In this document: positions 47,719 to 56,473 of the stretch, piece by piece
How positions within the stretch are numbered: position 1 is the stretch's first letter
How the letters are laid out: each line of letters begins with the position of its first letter
Assembly: GCA_947085185.1 (NCBI GenBank)
Contig: CAMTVK010000007.1
Span: 32,001-96,000 of the forward strand
DNA from: Candidatus Fraserbacteria bacterium
GTDB taxonomy: Bacteria; Bipolaricaulota; Bipolaricaulia; RBG-16-55-9; DRXL01
Length of the DNA: 64,000 nt
Direction: 5' to 3'
Notes under the pieces: model-generated
What the model was told of the DNA's origin: nothing
Database searches by the model: none
The model's input: the letters and a program-made list of their open reading frames with translations, nothing else
Position numbers and translations under genes: made by a program

Positions 47719-48758
47719 AACGACTCCCACTCGATAGGCCCACTGAAGTCCGGCAGACTGTCAGCCGTCACAGGCACCGAAGCCCGATAGATCGTAGGAA
47801 TGGGCACCTCCGTCCCAACGCGATAGATATAGACCCGCGCTTGGTCATCGATCGTGTGTCGGAAGTACTCGACGATCAGTTTGAACTTCTGGAGGAGCAA
47901 GGGCTTGCGGCGCTGGCTGCGCGTGATCGCTTCGTTGATATAGAGCTGACTGTCGGCGATATACGCCGAATACGTCACGGCAAAGTCTTCGTATTGATTG
48001 GTCATGGCGTAGAGCGACCGATCGATGGGGTCGCGCGCGAAGTTATCGGGATCTCGTCCGGACTCTTGGAAGAGTTTCTCCCAGCGCTCTCCTTGATCTG
48101 TGGTCGAGCGGGTGAAGTGCACCAGGTGCCCAAGCTCATGAAACGCCACGAGGGTGAAGGTACGGCCGGCGCGCAGGCCGGGAAGCTCAATGAGACCAGG
48201 TGGGAAATACTGCCCATAGAGATAGATATTGGGTTCGCGGGCGCGGATCTCGCGCAGGCGCCTGAGATGGTCGCCAGGGAGCGAGCGCAAGACGCCATAG
48301 AGCTGCTGACAGTGCAGATCTTCGAGCTCCGTGCCGATCTCGTAGCTCACTTTCACTCTATACTGAGCAGAGATCTCTTTACAGAAGCGTCGAGGGTAAG
48401 TGAGCTCGAGGCGTCCTTCCACGGTTTGTTGGCCGAGATTCGTTACGATCAAGCGCCAGGGCCGGCCCACATCAGCTTCGGTGACTTGGGTCTTGGCGGT
48501 AGCTGAGCCCGTTTGGTCTACGACGGCTTTGTTGTCTAAAAAGAGCTGCACTCGGATGGTCATGGAATAGGGGTGCAGGGAGAGCTTCAGAGTAATCTCG
48601 CCCGTCGTAGTTGGGAGAAAATCGTACTCGAACTTCTCTTGGGATCTGAGGGAGAGCTCGCTGGAGCGCGCGGTGATCGTAGCGCTTGTGGGCAGGAGCG
48701 CGCCCCAGATCAAGAGCATAGCAAGCAAGAGCGTGGGAGCAAGTCGAGTCCGTGTCAT
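47715..48758 (-). CDS. secreted putative zincin metallopeptidase
   Basis: Signal peptide; HELGH plus downstream YAMTN.YEDFA. Confidence 0.65.
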   Translation of the reverse strand: MTRTRLAPTLLLAMLLIWGALLPTSATITARSSELSLRSQEKFEYDFLPTTTGEITLKLSLHPYSMTIRVQLFLDNKAVVDQTGSATAKTQVTEADVGRPWRLIVTNLGQQTVEGRLELTYPRRFCKEISAQYRVKVSYEIGTELEDLHCQQLYGVLRSLPGDHLRRLREIRAREPNIYLYGQYFPPGLIELPGLRAGRTFTLVAFHELGHLVHFTRSTTDQGERWEKLFQESGRDPDNFARDPIDRSLYAMTNQYEDFAVTYSAYIADSQLYINEAITRSQRRKPLLLQKFKLIVEYFRHTIDDQARVYIYRVGTEVPIPTIYRASVPVTADSLPDFSGPIEWESF

Positions 48759-48896
48759 AAGAGCCATCTCCTTTCTCGTGAGGTTAGAGTTATCTTAGCA
48801 CAGAGTCTTCGGGAGTGCACGGGGAGAGGGTTCTCAGGGGAGCATGTTTGTGTTATAATGACGCAAGACGAGAAACAGACAAAGGAGCAACACACA

Positions 48897-51800
48897 GTGA
48901 CCCAGAAACTTCAAGCGAACCACATCATTGAATCGGATTTTTGGCCAGAACCGGTCCGGGTGCTGACGATAGAGCCCTTGGGCGATCGCATGAAAGTGGA
49001 GGCCGTGGGCACAAGGACCCAGCGGTTCTATTCGCGCCTCCTCAGTCAGACCGACCTCGCTCTTGTTCGCATTGTCTCAGACACGCAGCGCGATTTCTTA
49101 GGAGATGCTGAGGGCTTTTTTCTCGCCATAGAGGCGCACCGCATCCGCTTCGCCCACCAGTTCGATCCGCTCCTGGCCGTCAACATCTCCCAAGTGGATC
49201 CCTTGCCCCACCAGATCGAGGCAGTTTATCACTACATTCTCCGCACTCCGCAGATCCGGTTTCTGCTGGCGGATGACCCCGGTGCTGGCAAAACCATCAT
49301 GACTGGCCTTGTCCTCAAAGAGCTCAAGTATCGGGGACTCGTGCAGCGGACGCTTATCGTCGTCCCGGGGCATCTCAAGGACCAATGGCTCCGCGAAATG
49401 AAGGAGCGCTTTGGCGAGAGCTTCACGGTGATTGATCGTAGCACCATCCACGCTACTTGGGGACGCAATGTTTGGCAGGAGCATCCCCAAGTGATCACCT
49501 CTATGGACTTTGCCAAACAAGAAGATGTGCTGGCTACTTTGGCCGAGGTCCACTGGGACCTGGCGGTCGCGGACGAAGCCCACAAGATGGCAGCCTATCG
49601 ATACGGAGACAAGACCAGCAAGACCGAACGCTATCGACTCGGCGAATTGCTTTCCCGCACCAGCCAGTTTCTGCTCTTCCTTACGGCGACACCGCACCGC
49701 GGCGACCCAGAAAATTTCCGCCTCTTTCTGGAGCTGCTTGAGCCAGGGATGTTCGCCAATACAGAGCTGTTGCTCGAATCTGTGCAAAACCGGGAGAACC
49801 CTCTGTTCCTACGTCGGCTCAAGGAGGATTTGCGGGACTTTGAAAACCGCCCGCTCTTTCCGCCACGCAGGGTCTTCACCAAGCCCTATCGGCTGAGTGA
49901 TACCGAGAAGCGGCTCTACAATGCCGTCACGGAGTACGTGGAGACGTCCTATAACAAGGCCCTGGCGACCGGAAAGCGCAATGTGGCGTTCGCGCTGCTC
50001 ATCCTGCAGCGGCGCATGGCTTCCAGCGTGCGGGCAGTGCGCCGATCGCTCGAACGGCGCAAGGAGCGCCTCGAAAAGCTCCTCAAGCTCGGGCAGTGGC
50101 TGGCCCAAGGCGAGCGGATTGACGAGGACGAACTCGAAGATGCCCCCGAATCCGAGCGCCTCCGCCAAGAAGAAGAGCTCATCGAGCGTCTCACCTCCGC
50201 CGAAACGCGCGAGGAGCTTCAAGAAGAGATCCGCACGCTAGAGGAGCTGGTCCGCCTGGCCAACGAGGCCGAACGCCAGGAAGTGGAAACCAAGCTCACG
50301 GAGCTTCGCCGCGTCATGGAAGACGAGAAGATTCGTGCCACGGGAGAAAAACTTCTGATCTTCACCGAGTCGCGCGAGACGCTGGAGTACCTGTGCGAGA
50401 AACTCAGCGCCTGGGGCTATTCGGTCGTCCCCCTCCACGGCGGCATGAACCTGGATGCCCGCATTCGCGCCGAGCATGAGTTTCGTGAGAAAGCCCAAGT
50501 CATGGTCTCCACCGAAGCCGGTGGCGAGGGCATCAATCTCCAGTTCTGCGCCCTCATGGTGAACTACGACATTCCCTGGAACCCAAACCGCCTGGAGCAG
50601 CGCATGGGGCGCATCCATCGCTACGGTCAACACAAAGAAGTGCACATCTATAACCTGGTCGCTAGCGACACGCGCGAGGGAAGGGTACTGCATGAGCTCT
50701 TCCAAAAACTCCAAGAGATTCAAGCTGCCATGGGGTCCGACCGCGTCTTCGATGTGATCGGCGAGCTCGTGCCGGAACGCAGCCTGAAAGACCTCATCGT
50801 GGAAGCCATTGCCCATCGGCGGACATTGGACGAGATCGTCGCGGAGATCGCAGCCATCCCTAACGAAGAAGCCCTGCGCAAGGTGCGCGCCGCAGCACTC
50901 GAAGCCCTGGCCACCCGGCACATCGAGTTGCACCGGATTCTCGGGGAAGACCGGAAGGCGCGCGAGCAGCGCCTGGTGCCAGAGTATATTGAGCGCTTCT
51001 TTGAGCGAAGCTGCGCCTTCTTGAACATTCGTCTGGAGCGGCGCCGCGATGGCTTCTGGCGGGTGCCCCAGGTGCCGCTTGAGGTGCGCCATGTCTCCCG
51101 GGAGTTCAAGCACTGCTTTGGGGAACCGTTTCGGGAATACAACAAGCTCGCGTTCGACAAAGAAAAAGCCCGCCGCGGGGATGCTGTCTTTGTAGCCCCT
51201 GGACATCCCTTGTTAGAAGCGATCCTTGAGCGGGTGCTGGCGCAAGGCATCCCCGATGCAAGGCGCGGTGCCATCTTTGCCGACCCCGACGGAAAGCTCG
51301 ACGGCTGGCTGTGGTTCTTGGAGGGCGAGCTGCGCGACGGCACCAACCAGATCGCAGGAAGACGACTCTTCGTCCTCTTGCAACCGCGCCAGGGAGGCCT
51401 GCTCCGGCTGGTCAATAGCTCCATCCTCTGGGACCTCAAACCCTCGATCCCCTCTCAGAGCATAGAACCGTGCCCCCCCGAGGGCGAGATCATCGCTTAT
51501 GCAGCCGAGCATGTGTTGGAAGCTTATCGCCAGGAGCTCCTCGAGGAACGCCAGCGCCAGAACGAGATCAAGAGAAAATACGGTCTGCGCTCGCTGGAGC
51601 AGATGATCCTCGAGTCGGATGCTAAGCTGATCGAATACGAGACGCGCCGTGCCAAGGGCGAGCCGATCCCCGATGCGGAAATCCACAACGAGCAGCGCCG
51701 CAACGAGGAGCTCCGCGCTCGGAAGCACACACTGGAAGAAGAGATCCGCCGGTCCAGCAGCCTCTTACCCTCCGTCCCCAGGGTGCTTGGAGTCGCCCGT

Positions 51801-52211
51801 GTGCTCCCCATGATGTCCCCAGACCCGTCCATGCGCCCCGATGCCGACATCGAAGCCATCGGCATGGAGATTGCCATGAACTACGAACGCTCTCAAGGAC
51901 GCGAGCCCGAAGACGTCTCGCTGCAGAACCTCGGCTATGATATTCGCTCTTACGCGCCCGATGGCACACTTCGCTCTATTGAGGTCAAAGCCCGTGCGAC
52001 CACCGGTGCGATCGTGCTCACGCCCAACGAATGGGTCATGGCACAGCGTCTGGGCGACGAATACTGGCTCTACATCGTGGAGAACGCCGCCACAAAGCCC
52101 AGGCTCCATCGGATCCAGAACCCGGCGGCTCGGCTCCAGCCCGAAATGGAAGTGTCCATCGTCCGCTACATCATTACAGACTGGCAGAAGGGAGTGTCCT
52201 ATGAAGCCTGA
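48897..52211 (+). CDS. SNF2-family helicase with C-terminal DUF3883 nuclease-like domain
   Basis: PLPHQ, LADDPGAGKT, DEAH, TATPH, EAGGEGINLQ, QRMGRIHRYGQ; GYDIRS..IEVKA; GTG start after AAGGAG and TGTTATAAT. Confidence 0.92.
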   Translation: MTQKLQANHIIESDFWPEPVRVLTIEPLGDRMKVEAVGTRTQRFYSRLLSQTDLALVRIVSDTQRDFLGDAEGFFLAIEAHRIRFAHQFDPLLAVNISQVDPLPHQIEAVYHYILRTPQIRFLLADDPGAGKTIMTGLVLKELKYRGLVQRTLIVVPGHLKDQWLREMKERFGESFTVIDRSTIHATWGRNVWQEHPQVITSMDFAKQEDVLATLAEVHWDLAVADEAHKMAAYRYGDKTSKTERYRLGELLSRTSQFLLFLTATPHRGDPENFRLFLELLEPGMFANTELLLESVQNRENPLFLRRLKEDLRDFENRPLFPPRRVFTKPYRLSDTEKRLYNAVTEYVETSYNKALATGKRNVAFALLILQRRMASSVRAVRRSLERRKERLEKLLKLGQWLAQGERIDEDELEDAPESERLRQEEELIERLTSAETREELQEEIRTLEELVRLANEAERQEVETKLTELRRVMEDEKIRATGEKLLIFTESRETLEYLCEKLSAWGYSVVPLHGGMNLDARIRAEHEFREKAQVMVSTEAGGEGINLQFCALMVNYDIPWNPNRLEQRMGRIHRYGQHKEVHIYNLVASDTREGRVLHELFQKLQEIQAAMGSDRVFDVIGELVPERSLKDLIVEAIAHRRTLDEIVAEIAAIPNEEALRKVRAAALEALATRHIELHRILGEDRKAREQRLVPEYIERFFERSCAFLNIRLERRRDGFWRVPQVPLEVRHVSREFKHCFGEPFREYNKLAFDKEKARRGDAVFVAPGHPLLEAILERVLAQGIPDARRGAIFADPDGKLDGWLWFLEGELRDGTNQIAGRRLFVLLQPRQGGLLRLVNSSILWDLKPSIPSQSIEPCPPEGEIIAYAAEHVLEAYRQELLEERQRQNEIKRKYGLRSLEQMILESDAKLIEYETRRAKGEPIPDAEIHNEQRRNEELRARKHTLEEEIRRSSSLLPSVPRVLGVARVLPMMSPDPSMRPDADIEAIGMEIAMNYERSQGREPEDVSLQNLGYDIRSYAPDGTLRSIEVKARATTGAIVLTPNEWVMAQRLGDEYWLYIVENAATKPRLHRIQNPAARLQPEMEVSIVRYIITDWQKGVSYEA

Positions 52212-52281
52212 GCGCTATACGCTTACGAAGCACGGCAACTGTTATCAGTGCCGCAAGAGTAAAATCCATGCGGGAACGTGA
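52201..52281 (+). pseudogene. 26-aa gene remnant or coupling peptide
   Basis: RBS AAGGGAG; MKPERYTLTKHGNCYQCRKSKIHAGT overlaps both neighbours. Confidence 0.35.
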
Positions 52282-52687
52282 AGTCATCAGGACCGTCGCC
52301 GAGCGATTGCGCGCGGAAGGACTGATGGACCTGAAGGTGCGCTACGGGAGCGAACCCGGCCCGGACATCGAGGGGACGCTGCCCCGCTCGCGGCGGCACC
52401 TGTTCGTCGAGGCGAAAGGGGAACGGGCTCGCACCTCGCCGCGCATCACCGTGGGAGAGGCGCTCCTCCAGATTCTCTCCCGCTGGGACAGCGATGTGGT
52501 CTGCGCTCTTGCGGTGCCCTATAACAAGGAATTCGAGGAGGTCCTTCGAACCATCCTGCCCGGCCTGCGCTGCCTGGAACTGCATGTCCTGTTGGCGAAA
52601 GATGGTGAAGTGTGGTATCTTAGCCCTAACAAGGCCGGTTTTCTGGTGGAAAAGCCCCTGTCCATCATTGAGGTGCTCGAAAGATGA
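52268..52687 (+). CDS. small PD-(D/E)XK nuclease-fold protein
   Basis: E..V, GPDIEG, FVEAKG, LLQI. Confidence 0.65.
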   Translation: MREREVIRTVAERLRAEGLMDLKVRYGSEPGPDIEGTLPRSRRHLFVEAKGERARTSPRITVGEALLQILSRWDSDVVCALAVPYNKEFEEVLRTILPGLRCLELHVLLAKDGEVWYLSPNKAGFLVEKPLSIIEVLER

Positions 52688-54288
52688 GCAAAGCACAAAA
52701 AGCTATGACCCGCGTGATCGAAACCGACTTTCCCCTGCGCGCGGTCTCCGAGGAGTCCGTGCGCGAGAAGAACATCCGCCACGGCCACATCTCCACCCTG
52801 CACATCTGGTGGGCGCGCCGACCGCTGGCGGCCTCGCGGGCCACCGCATTGGCCGCACTGTTGCCCGATGACCCCAAGCGGCGCAACCAGTTCCTTGAAC
52901 TCGTCCGAGGCATCGCCCCGTGGGAGGCCGTCTCCGCCAACAGGGCCGATTCAACCCACCTGCTGGAAAATGCCCGCGCCCTCATCCGCGAGGCCTTTGA
53001 CGGCCGCGCCCCGCGGGTGCTCGACCCCTTCGCCGGCGGCGGGAGCATCCCCCTGGAGGCGCTGCGCCTGGGCTGCGAGACCTATGCGCTGGACTATAAC
53101 CCGGTGGCCGTGCTGCTCAACAAGTGCGTGCTGGAATACCCGCAAAAGTTCGGCCAACCCGGTTCGGTGGCGCAGGTCCCTTTGCCGCCCTGTGCGAAGA
53201 AGGACGAGGCGGATCTTTTTGGAGCCCACAGGGATGTTCAGGAGAATCCGCCGGGGCGCAGCGGCGCTGCGCCCCTCCTGGTGGCCGTGCGCGCCTGGGG
53301 CGACTGGGTGCTGGAGGAAGCACGCAAGGAACTGGCGCGTTTCTACCCGCCGGACGCGGATGGTTCCGTGCCCGTTGGTTATATCTGGGCGCGCACGCTG
53401 CCCTGCCAGAACCCGGCCTGCGGCGCCGAAATCCCCCTCATGCGCCAGACCTGGCTGGCCAGAAAGGACAACAAGAAGGTCGCCCTGAAGCTACTGCCGA
53501 ACCGCGCCGCCCGGCGGGTGGACGCGGCGATTGTGGAGGGCGCGGCCATTGACTTCGACCCGGAGGAGGGCACGACGGCCCGCGCCCACGTGCGCTGCCC
53601 GGCCTGCGGCGGGACGATAGACGATAAGACCACGCGCCGGCTCTTCCGCGAGGGCAAGGCCGGACAGCGCCTGATGGCGGTGGTGCTGCACAGGCCCGGC
53701 CGCAGCGGCAAGACCTACCGCCTGGCCACCGAGGCGGACCTGGTGGCCTACCGCGCCGCCGAGCAGGCGCTCGTAGGGGCAAGGCAGCGCCTTGCCCAGG
53801 ACTGGGGCCTGGACCCCGTGCCGGATGAGCCAACGCCTCTGGGTGGTGGCCCCGGCGCTGAAAGAGCCTTCTCTGTGCACAAGTATGGCCTGACCCGCTG
53901 GGGCGACCTCTTCAACCCCCGGCAGAAACTGGCGCTCATCACCTTTGCCGAGAAGGTGCGCCGCGCCCACGCCGAGATGCTCGCCCAGGGCGCCGACCCG
54001 GAATTCGCCCGGGCAGTGACGACTTATTTGGCGCTGGGGGTGGACATGATGGCGGCTTTCTGCAACTCTTTGGCGCGTTGGGAGAATACGTCGGAAGCGA
54101 TAAAACAGCTATTCTCTCGGCAGGCGTTGCCCATGCTTTGGGATTACATAGAACTAAATCCATTCAGTGGCTCAACTGGAAGTTGGGAGGCCGGTTGGGA
54201 GTACTATTTGGAGACGCTCGCCCACCTCATCCAAATCCCGCCGGTATCGGCGGGCGGGTGCGAGGCAGGCACGGAGGGTTTGCCATGA
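52684..54288 (+). CDS. DUF1156 adenine DNA methyltransferase, N-terminal half
   Basis: LHIWWARRPLA, DPFAGGGSIPLEA (motif I), Zn ribbon CxxxxC/CPAC, LFNPRQ. Confidence 0.9.
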   Translation: MSKAQKAMTRVIETDFPLRAVSEESVREKNIRHGHISTLHIWWARRPLAASRATALAALLPDDPKRRNQFLELVRGIAPWEAVSANRADSTHLLENARALIREAFDGRAPRVLDPFAGGGSIPLEALRLGCETYALDYNPVAVLLNKCVLEYPQKFGQPGSVAQVPLPPCAKKDEADLFGAHRDVQENPPGRSGAAPLLVAVRAWGDWVLEEARKELARFYPPDADGSVPVGYIWARTLPCQNPACGAEIPLMRQTWLARKDNKKVALKLLPNRAARRVDAAIVEGAAIDFDPEEGTTARAHVRCPACGGTIDDKTTRRLFREGKAGQRLMAVVLHRPGRSGKTYRLATEADLVAYRAAEQALVGARQRLAQDWGLDPVPDEPTPLGGGPGAERAFSVHKYGLTRWGDLFNPRQKLALITFAEKVRRAHAEMLAQGADPEFARAVTTYLALGVDMMAAFCNSLARWENTSEAIKQLFSRQALPMLWDYIELNPFSGSTGSWEAGWEYYLETLAHLIQIPPVSAGGCEAGTEGLP

Positions 54289-54593
54289 CCAAGCGCGTAC
54301 CAAAGCGGTTGGAGGAAATCCTGGAGACGCTCCGCCAACACAAGACGGAACTGGCGGAGCGCTACGGGGTGCGGGAGATGGCCGTCTTCGGCTCCTATGC
54401 CCGCGGCGAGGCCGGGCCCGAGAGCGACCTGGACATTCTCGTGGAGTTCACCGACCCGCCGGGGCTCATTGGCTTCATCCGGCTGGAGAACGAGCTCAGC
54501 GAACTCCTGGGCGTGCGGGTAGAACTGGTAACACGACAGGCGCTCAAGCGCCATATCGGCGAGCGAATTTTAGACGAGGCGGTGCCAGCATGA
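54285..54593 (+). CDS. MNT (minimal nucleotidyltransferase) antitoxin
   Basis: VFGSYARGE..SDLDILVEF. Confidence 0.92.
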   Translation: MTKRVPKRLEEILETLRQHKTELAERYGVREMAVFGSYARGEAGPESDLDILVEFTDPPGLIGFIRLENELSELLGVRVELVTRQALKRHIGERILDEAVPA

Positions 54594-54934
54594 AGCGTGC
54601 GCTGAGGGATTATCTGGAAGATATGCTTTGCTCCGCTCGGGAAGCGCTGGAGTTCACCGAAGGGATGGACTTTGCCATGTTCTGCCATGACCGGAAGACG
54701 TTCAATGCGGTGTTGCGTTCTTTGGAAGTGCTCGGCGAAGCGGCAAAGAAAATCCCGAAGCCGGTGCGCGCCAAATACCCCGACCTGCCCTGGCAGGAAA
54801 TGGCGGGGATGCGCGATAAACTCATCCATGAGTATCACGGCGTGGATGAGCGAATCGTCTGGAAAACGGTTCGCGAGGACATTCCACCGTTGATACCTCT
54901 CTTGGAAAGAATCCTTCGGGAGGAGAGCCAATGA
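54590..54934 (+). CDS. HEPN/DUF86 RNase toxin
   Basis: YLEDML, LEVLGEA, PWQEMAGMRDKLIHEY (Rx4HxY). Confidence 0.92.
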   Translation: MKRALRDYLEDMLCSAREALEFTEGMDFAMFCHDRKTFNAVLRSLEVLGEAAKKIPKPVRAKYPDLPWQEMAGMRDKLIHEYHGVDERIVWKTVREDIPPLIPLLERILREESQ

Positions 54935-55024
54935 GCACTGGAAGTAGATTTGCTCACCCCCGGCTCATTTCGCCGCAAACCTCGCTTATGGGACCAGGTG
55001 AAGGAGGATTTGACCTATGTCTAA
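54931..55024 (+). pseudogene. second MNT remnant
   Basis: ATG at 54931, then out-of-frame LEVDLLTPGSFRRKPRLWDQVKEDLTYV* (54938-55024), resembling an MNT C-terminus. Confidence 0.6.
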
Positions 55025-55202
55025 GCGCGATTGGACGTTCTTCCTTCAGGATATGCTGGAAAGCGTACAAGTGGGCTTGCGAAACCGTCTTGCCCATGCT
55101 TCCTTCGCTATCGACGACGAAATCGTCTGGGATATCGTGACTAACGAACTGCCCCTACTGAAAGAAAGATTGGAACGTATTCTCCGCGAGGTGCATGGAT
55201 GA
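55017..55202 (+). pseudogene. second HEPN/DUF86, internally deleted
   Basis: MSKRDWTFFLQDMLES joined almost directly to GLRNRLAH..IDDEIVWDIV; 61 aa versus 114 aa for the neighbouring intact copy. Confidence 0.75.
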
Positions 55203-56473
55203 AGACCCTGCTGCTGCCACAGGTTACCCACGGCACCGCCACCGACCTGCCCTGGCCCGATAACTTCTTCGACGCCGTGCTCACCGACCCGCCCTACTAC
55301 GATAACGTCCCCTACGCCGACCTTTCCGACTTTTTCTACGTCTGGCTCAAGCGCACCGTGGGCGACCTGTACCCCGACCTCTTCGCTACCCCGCTCACGC
55401 CGAAATCACAAGAGATGGTCGCCGACGCCAGCAAGGCGGGCGGTATGGATCAGGCCAAGCGCCGCTTTGAGGAGATGCTCACCCAGTCCTTCCGCGAGAT
55501 CCACCGCGTGCTCAAGCCCGACGGGATCGCCGTGATCGTCTTTGCCCACAAGACGACCGCGGCCTGGGAGACGGTCATTCAAGCGCTCTTGGAGGCCGGC
55601 CTCTACATGACCGCCTCCTGGCCCATCCACACCGAGATGCAGGCGCGCTTGCGGGCGCAGGAGTCGGCGGCGCTGGCTTCTTCCATCTACATGGTCTGCC
55701 GCAAGCGCACTGTAGGGGCGGACGGCCGTCCGCCCATCGGCGAATTTGCCAAAGTGCGGCGGGAGATCGAAGAGCGGGTGCAGCGCAAACTCGCCCAGTT
55801 CTGGGACGAGGGCATCCGCGGGGCGGACTTCTTCATGAGCGCCATAGGCCCGGCGGTGGAAGCCTTCGGCCGCTACGCCCGCGTGGAAAAACTCTCCGGC
55901 GAGCCGGTCACGGTGACAGAACTGTTGGAGTACGTGCGCAAGGTGGTAAGCGAGTTTGCCTTGAGGCGCATCTTGAAAGAGGCGTACCGGGGCGGGGTGG
56001 ATGCGCTCACGCAGTTGTATCTGCTGTGGCGCTGGACGTATAATCACGCGCGGGTGCCCTTTGATGAAGCCCGCAAACTCGCGGCCGGCGTCGGCGTGGA
56101 GCTCTCCCAACAGTGGGGTCCTGGAGGAATCGTGAGCAAACAGAAAGAGTACATCGTGATGCGCACCCCCCAAGACCGCGCCCAAGACGAGCGCTTCGCC
56201 CAGCACACGGAATTCCGCACCATGATCGATGCGCTCCATCGGGCTGTGGCCCTGTGGGAACGCAATCGGCAACGCGAGCTCCAGGAGCACCTAGCGCAAA
56301 CCTATGGGACCAATGAGGCGTTCTGGCAAGTGGCGCAAGCGATCAGCGAGGTGCTCCCCGACGGCGATAAAGAAAAACAAACGCTTCAGGGGCTTCTCTA
56401 TAGGCACAGGTCCTATACCATACCCACCCCTGGCGAAACTCCACTCCCCTTTGAGAAAGGAGAGGCACCATGA
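55199..56473 (+). CDS. DUF1156-type adenine DNA methyltransferase, C-terminal half
   Basis: TDPPYYDNVPYADLSDFFYVW (motif IV), FAHK..AWET, WPIHTE, ALASSI. Confidence 0.9.
   Translation: MKTLLLPQVTHGTATDLPWPDNFFDAVLTDPPYYDNVPYADLSDFFYVWLKRTVGDLYPDLFATPLTPKSQEMVADASKAGGMDQAKRRFEEMLTQSFREIHRVLKPDGIAVIVFAHKTTAAWETVIQALLEAGLYMTASWPIHTEMQARLRAQESAALASSIYMVCRKRTVGADGRPPIGEFAKVRREIEERVQRKLAQFWDEGIRGADFFMSAIGPAVEAFGRYARVEKLSGEPVTVTELLEYVRKVVSEFALRRILKEAYRGGVDALTQLYLLWRWTYNHARVPFDEARKLAAGVGVELSQQWGPGGIVSKQKEYIVMRTPQDRAQDERFAQHTEFRTMIDALHRAVALWERNRQRELQEHLAQTYGTNEAFWQVAQAISEVLPDGDKEKQTLQGLLYRHRSYTIPTPGETPLPFEKGEAP

Noticed and set aside
48573..48896. N-terminal extension of the 1212-aa helicase ORF
   Set aside because: It overlaps the divergent peptidase gene; the promoter and RBS point to GTG 48897.
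54285..55202. Intein or self-splicing intron interrupting the methyltransferase
   Set aside because: No intein termini or group I/II intron features; each half has its own coupled start and stop.
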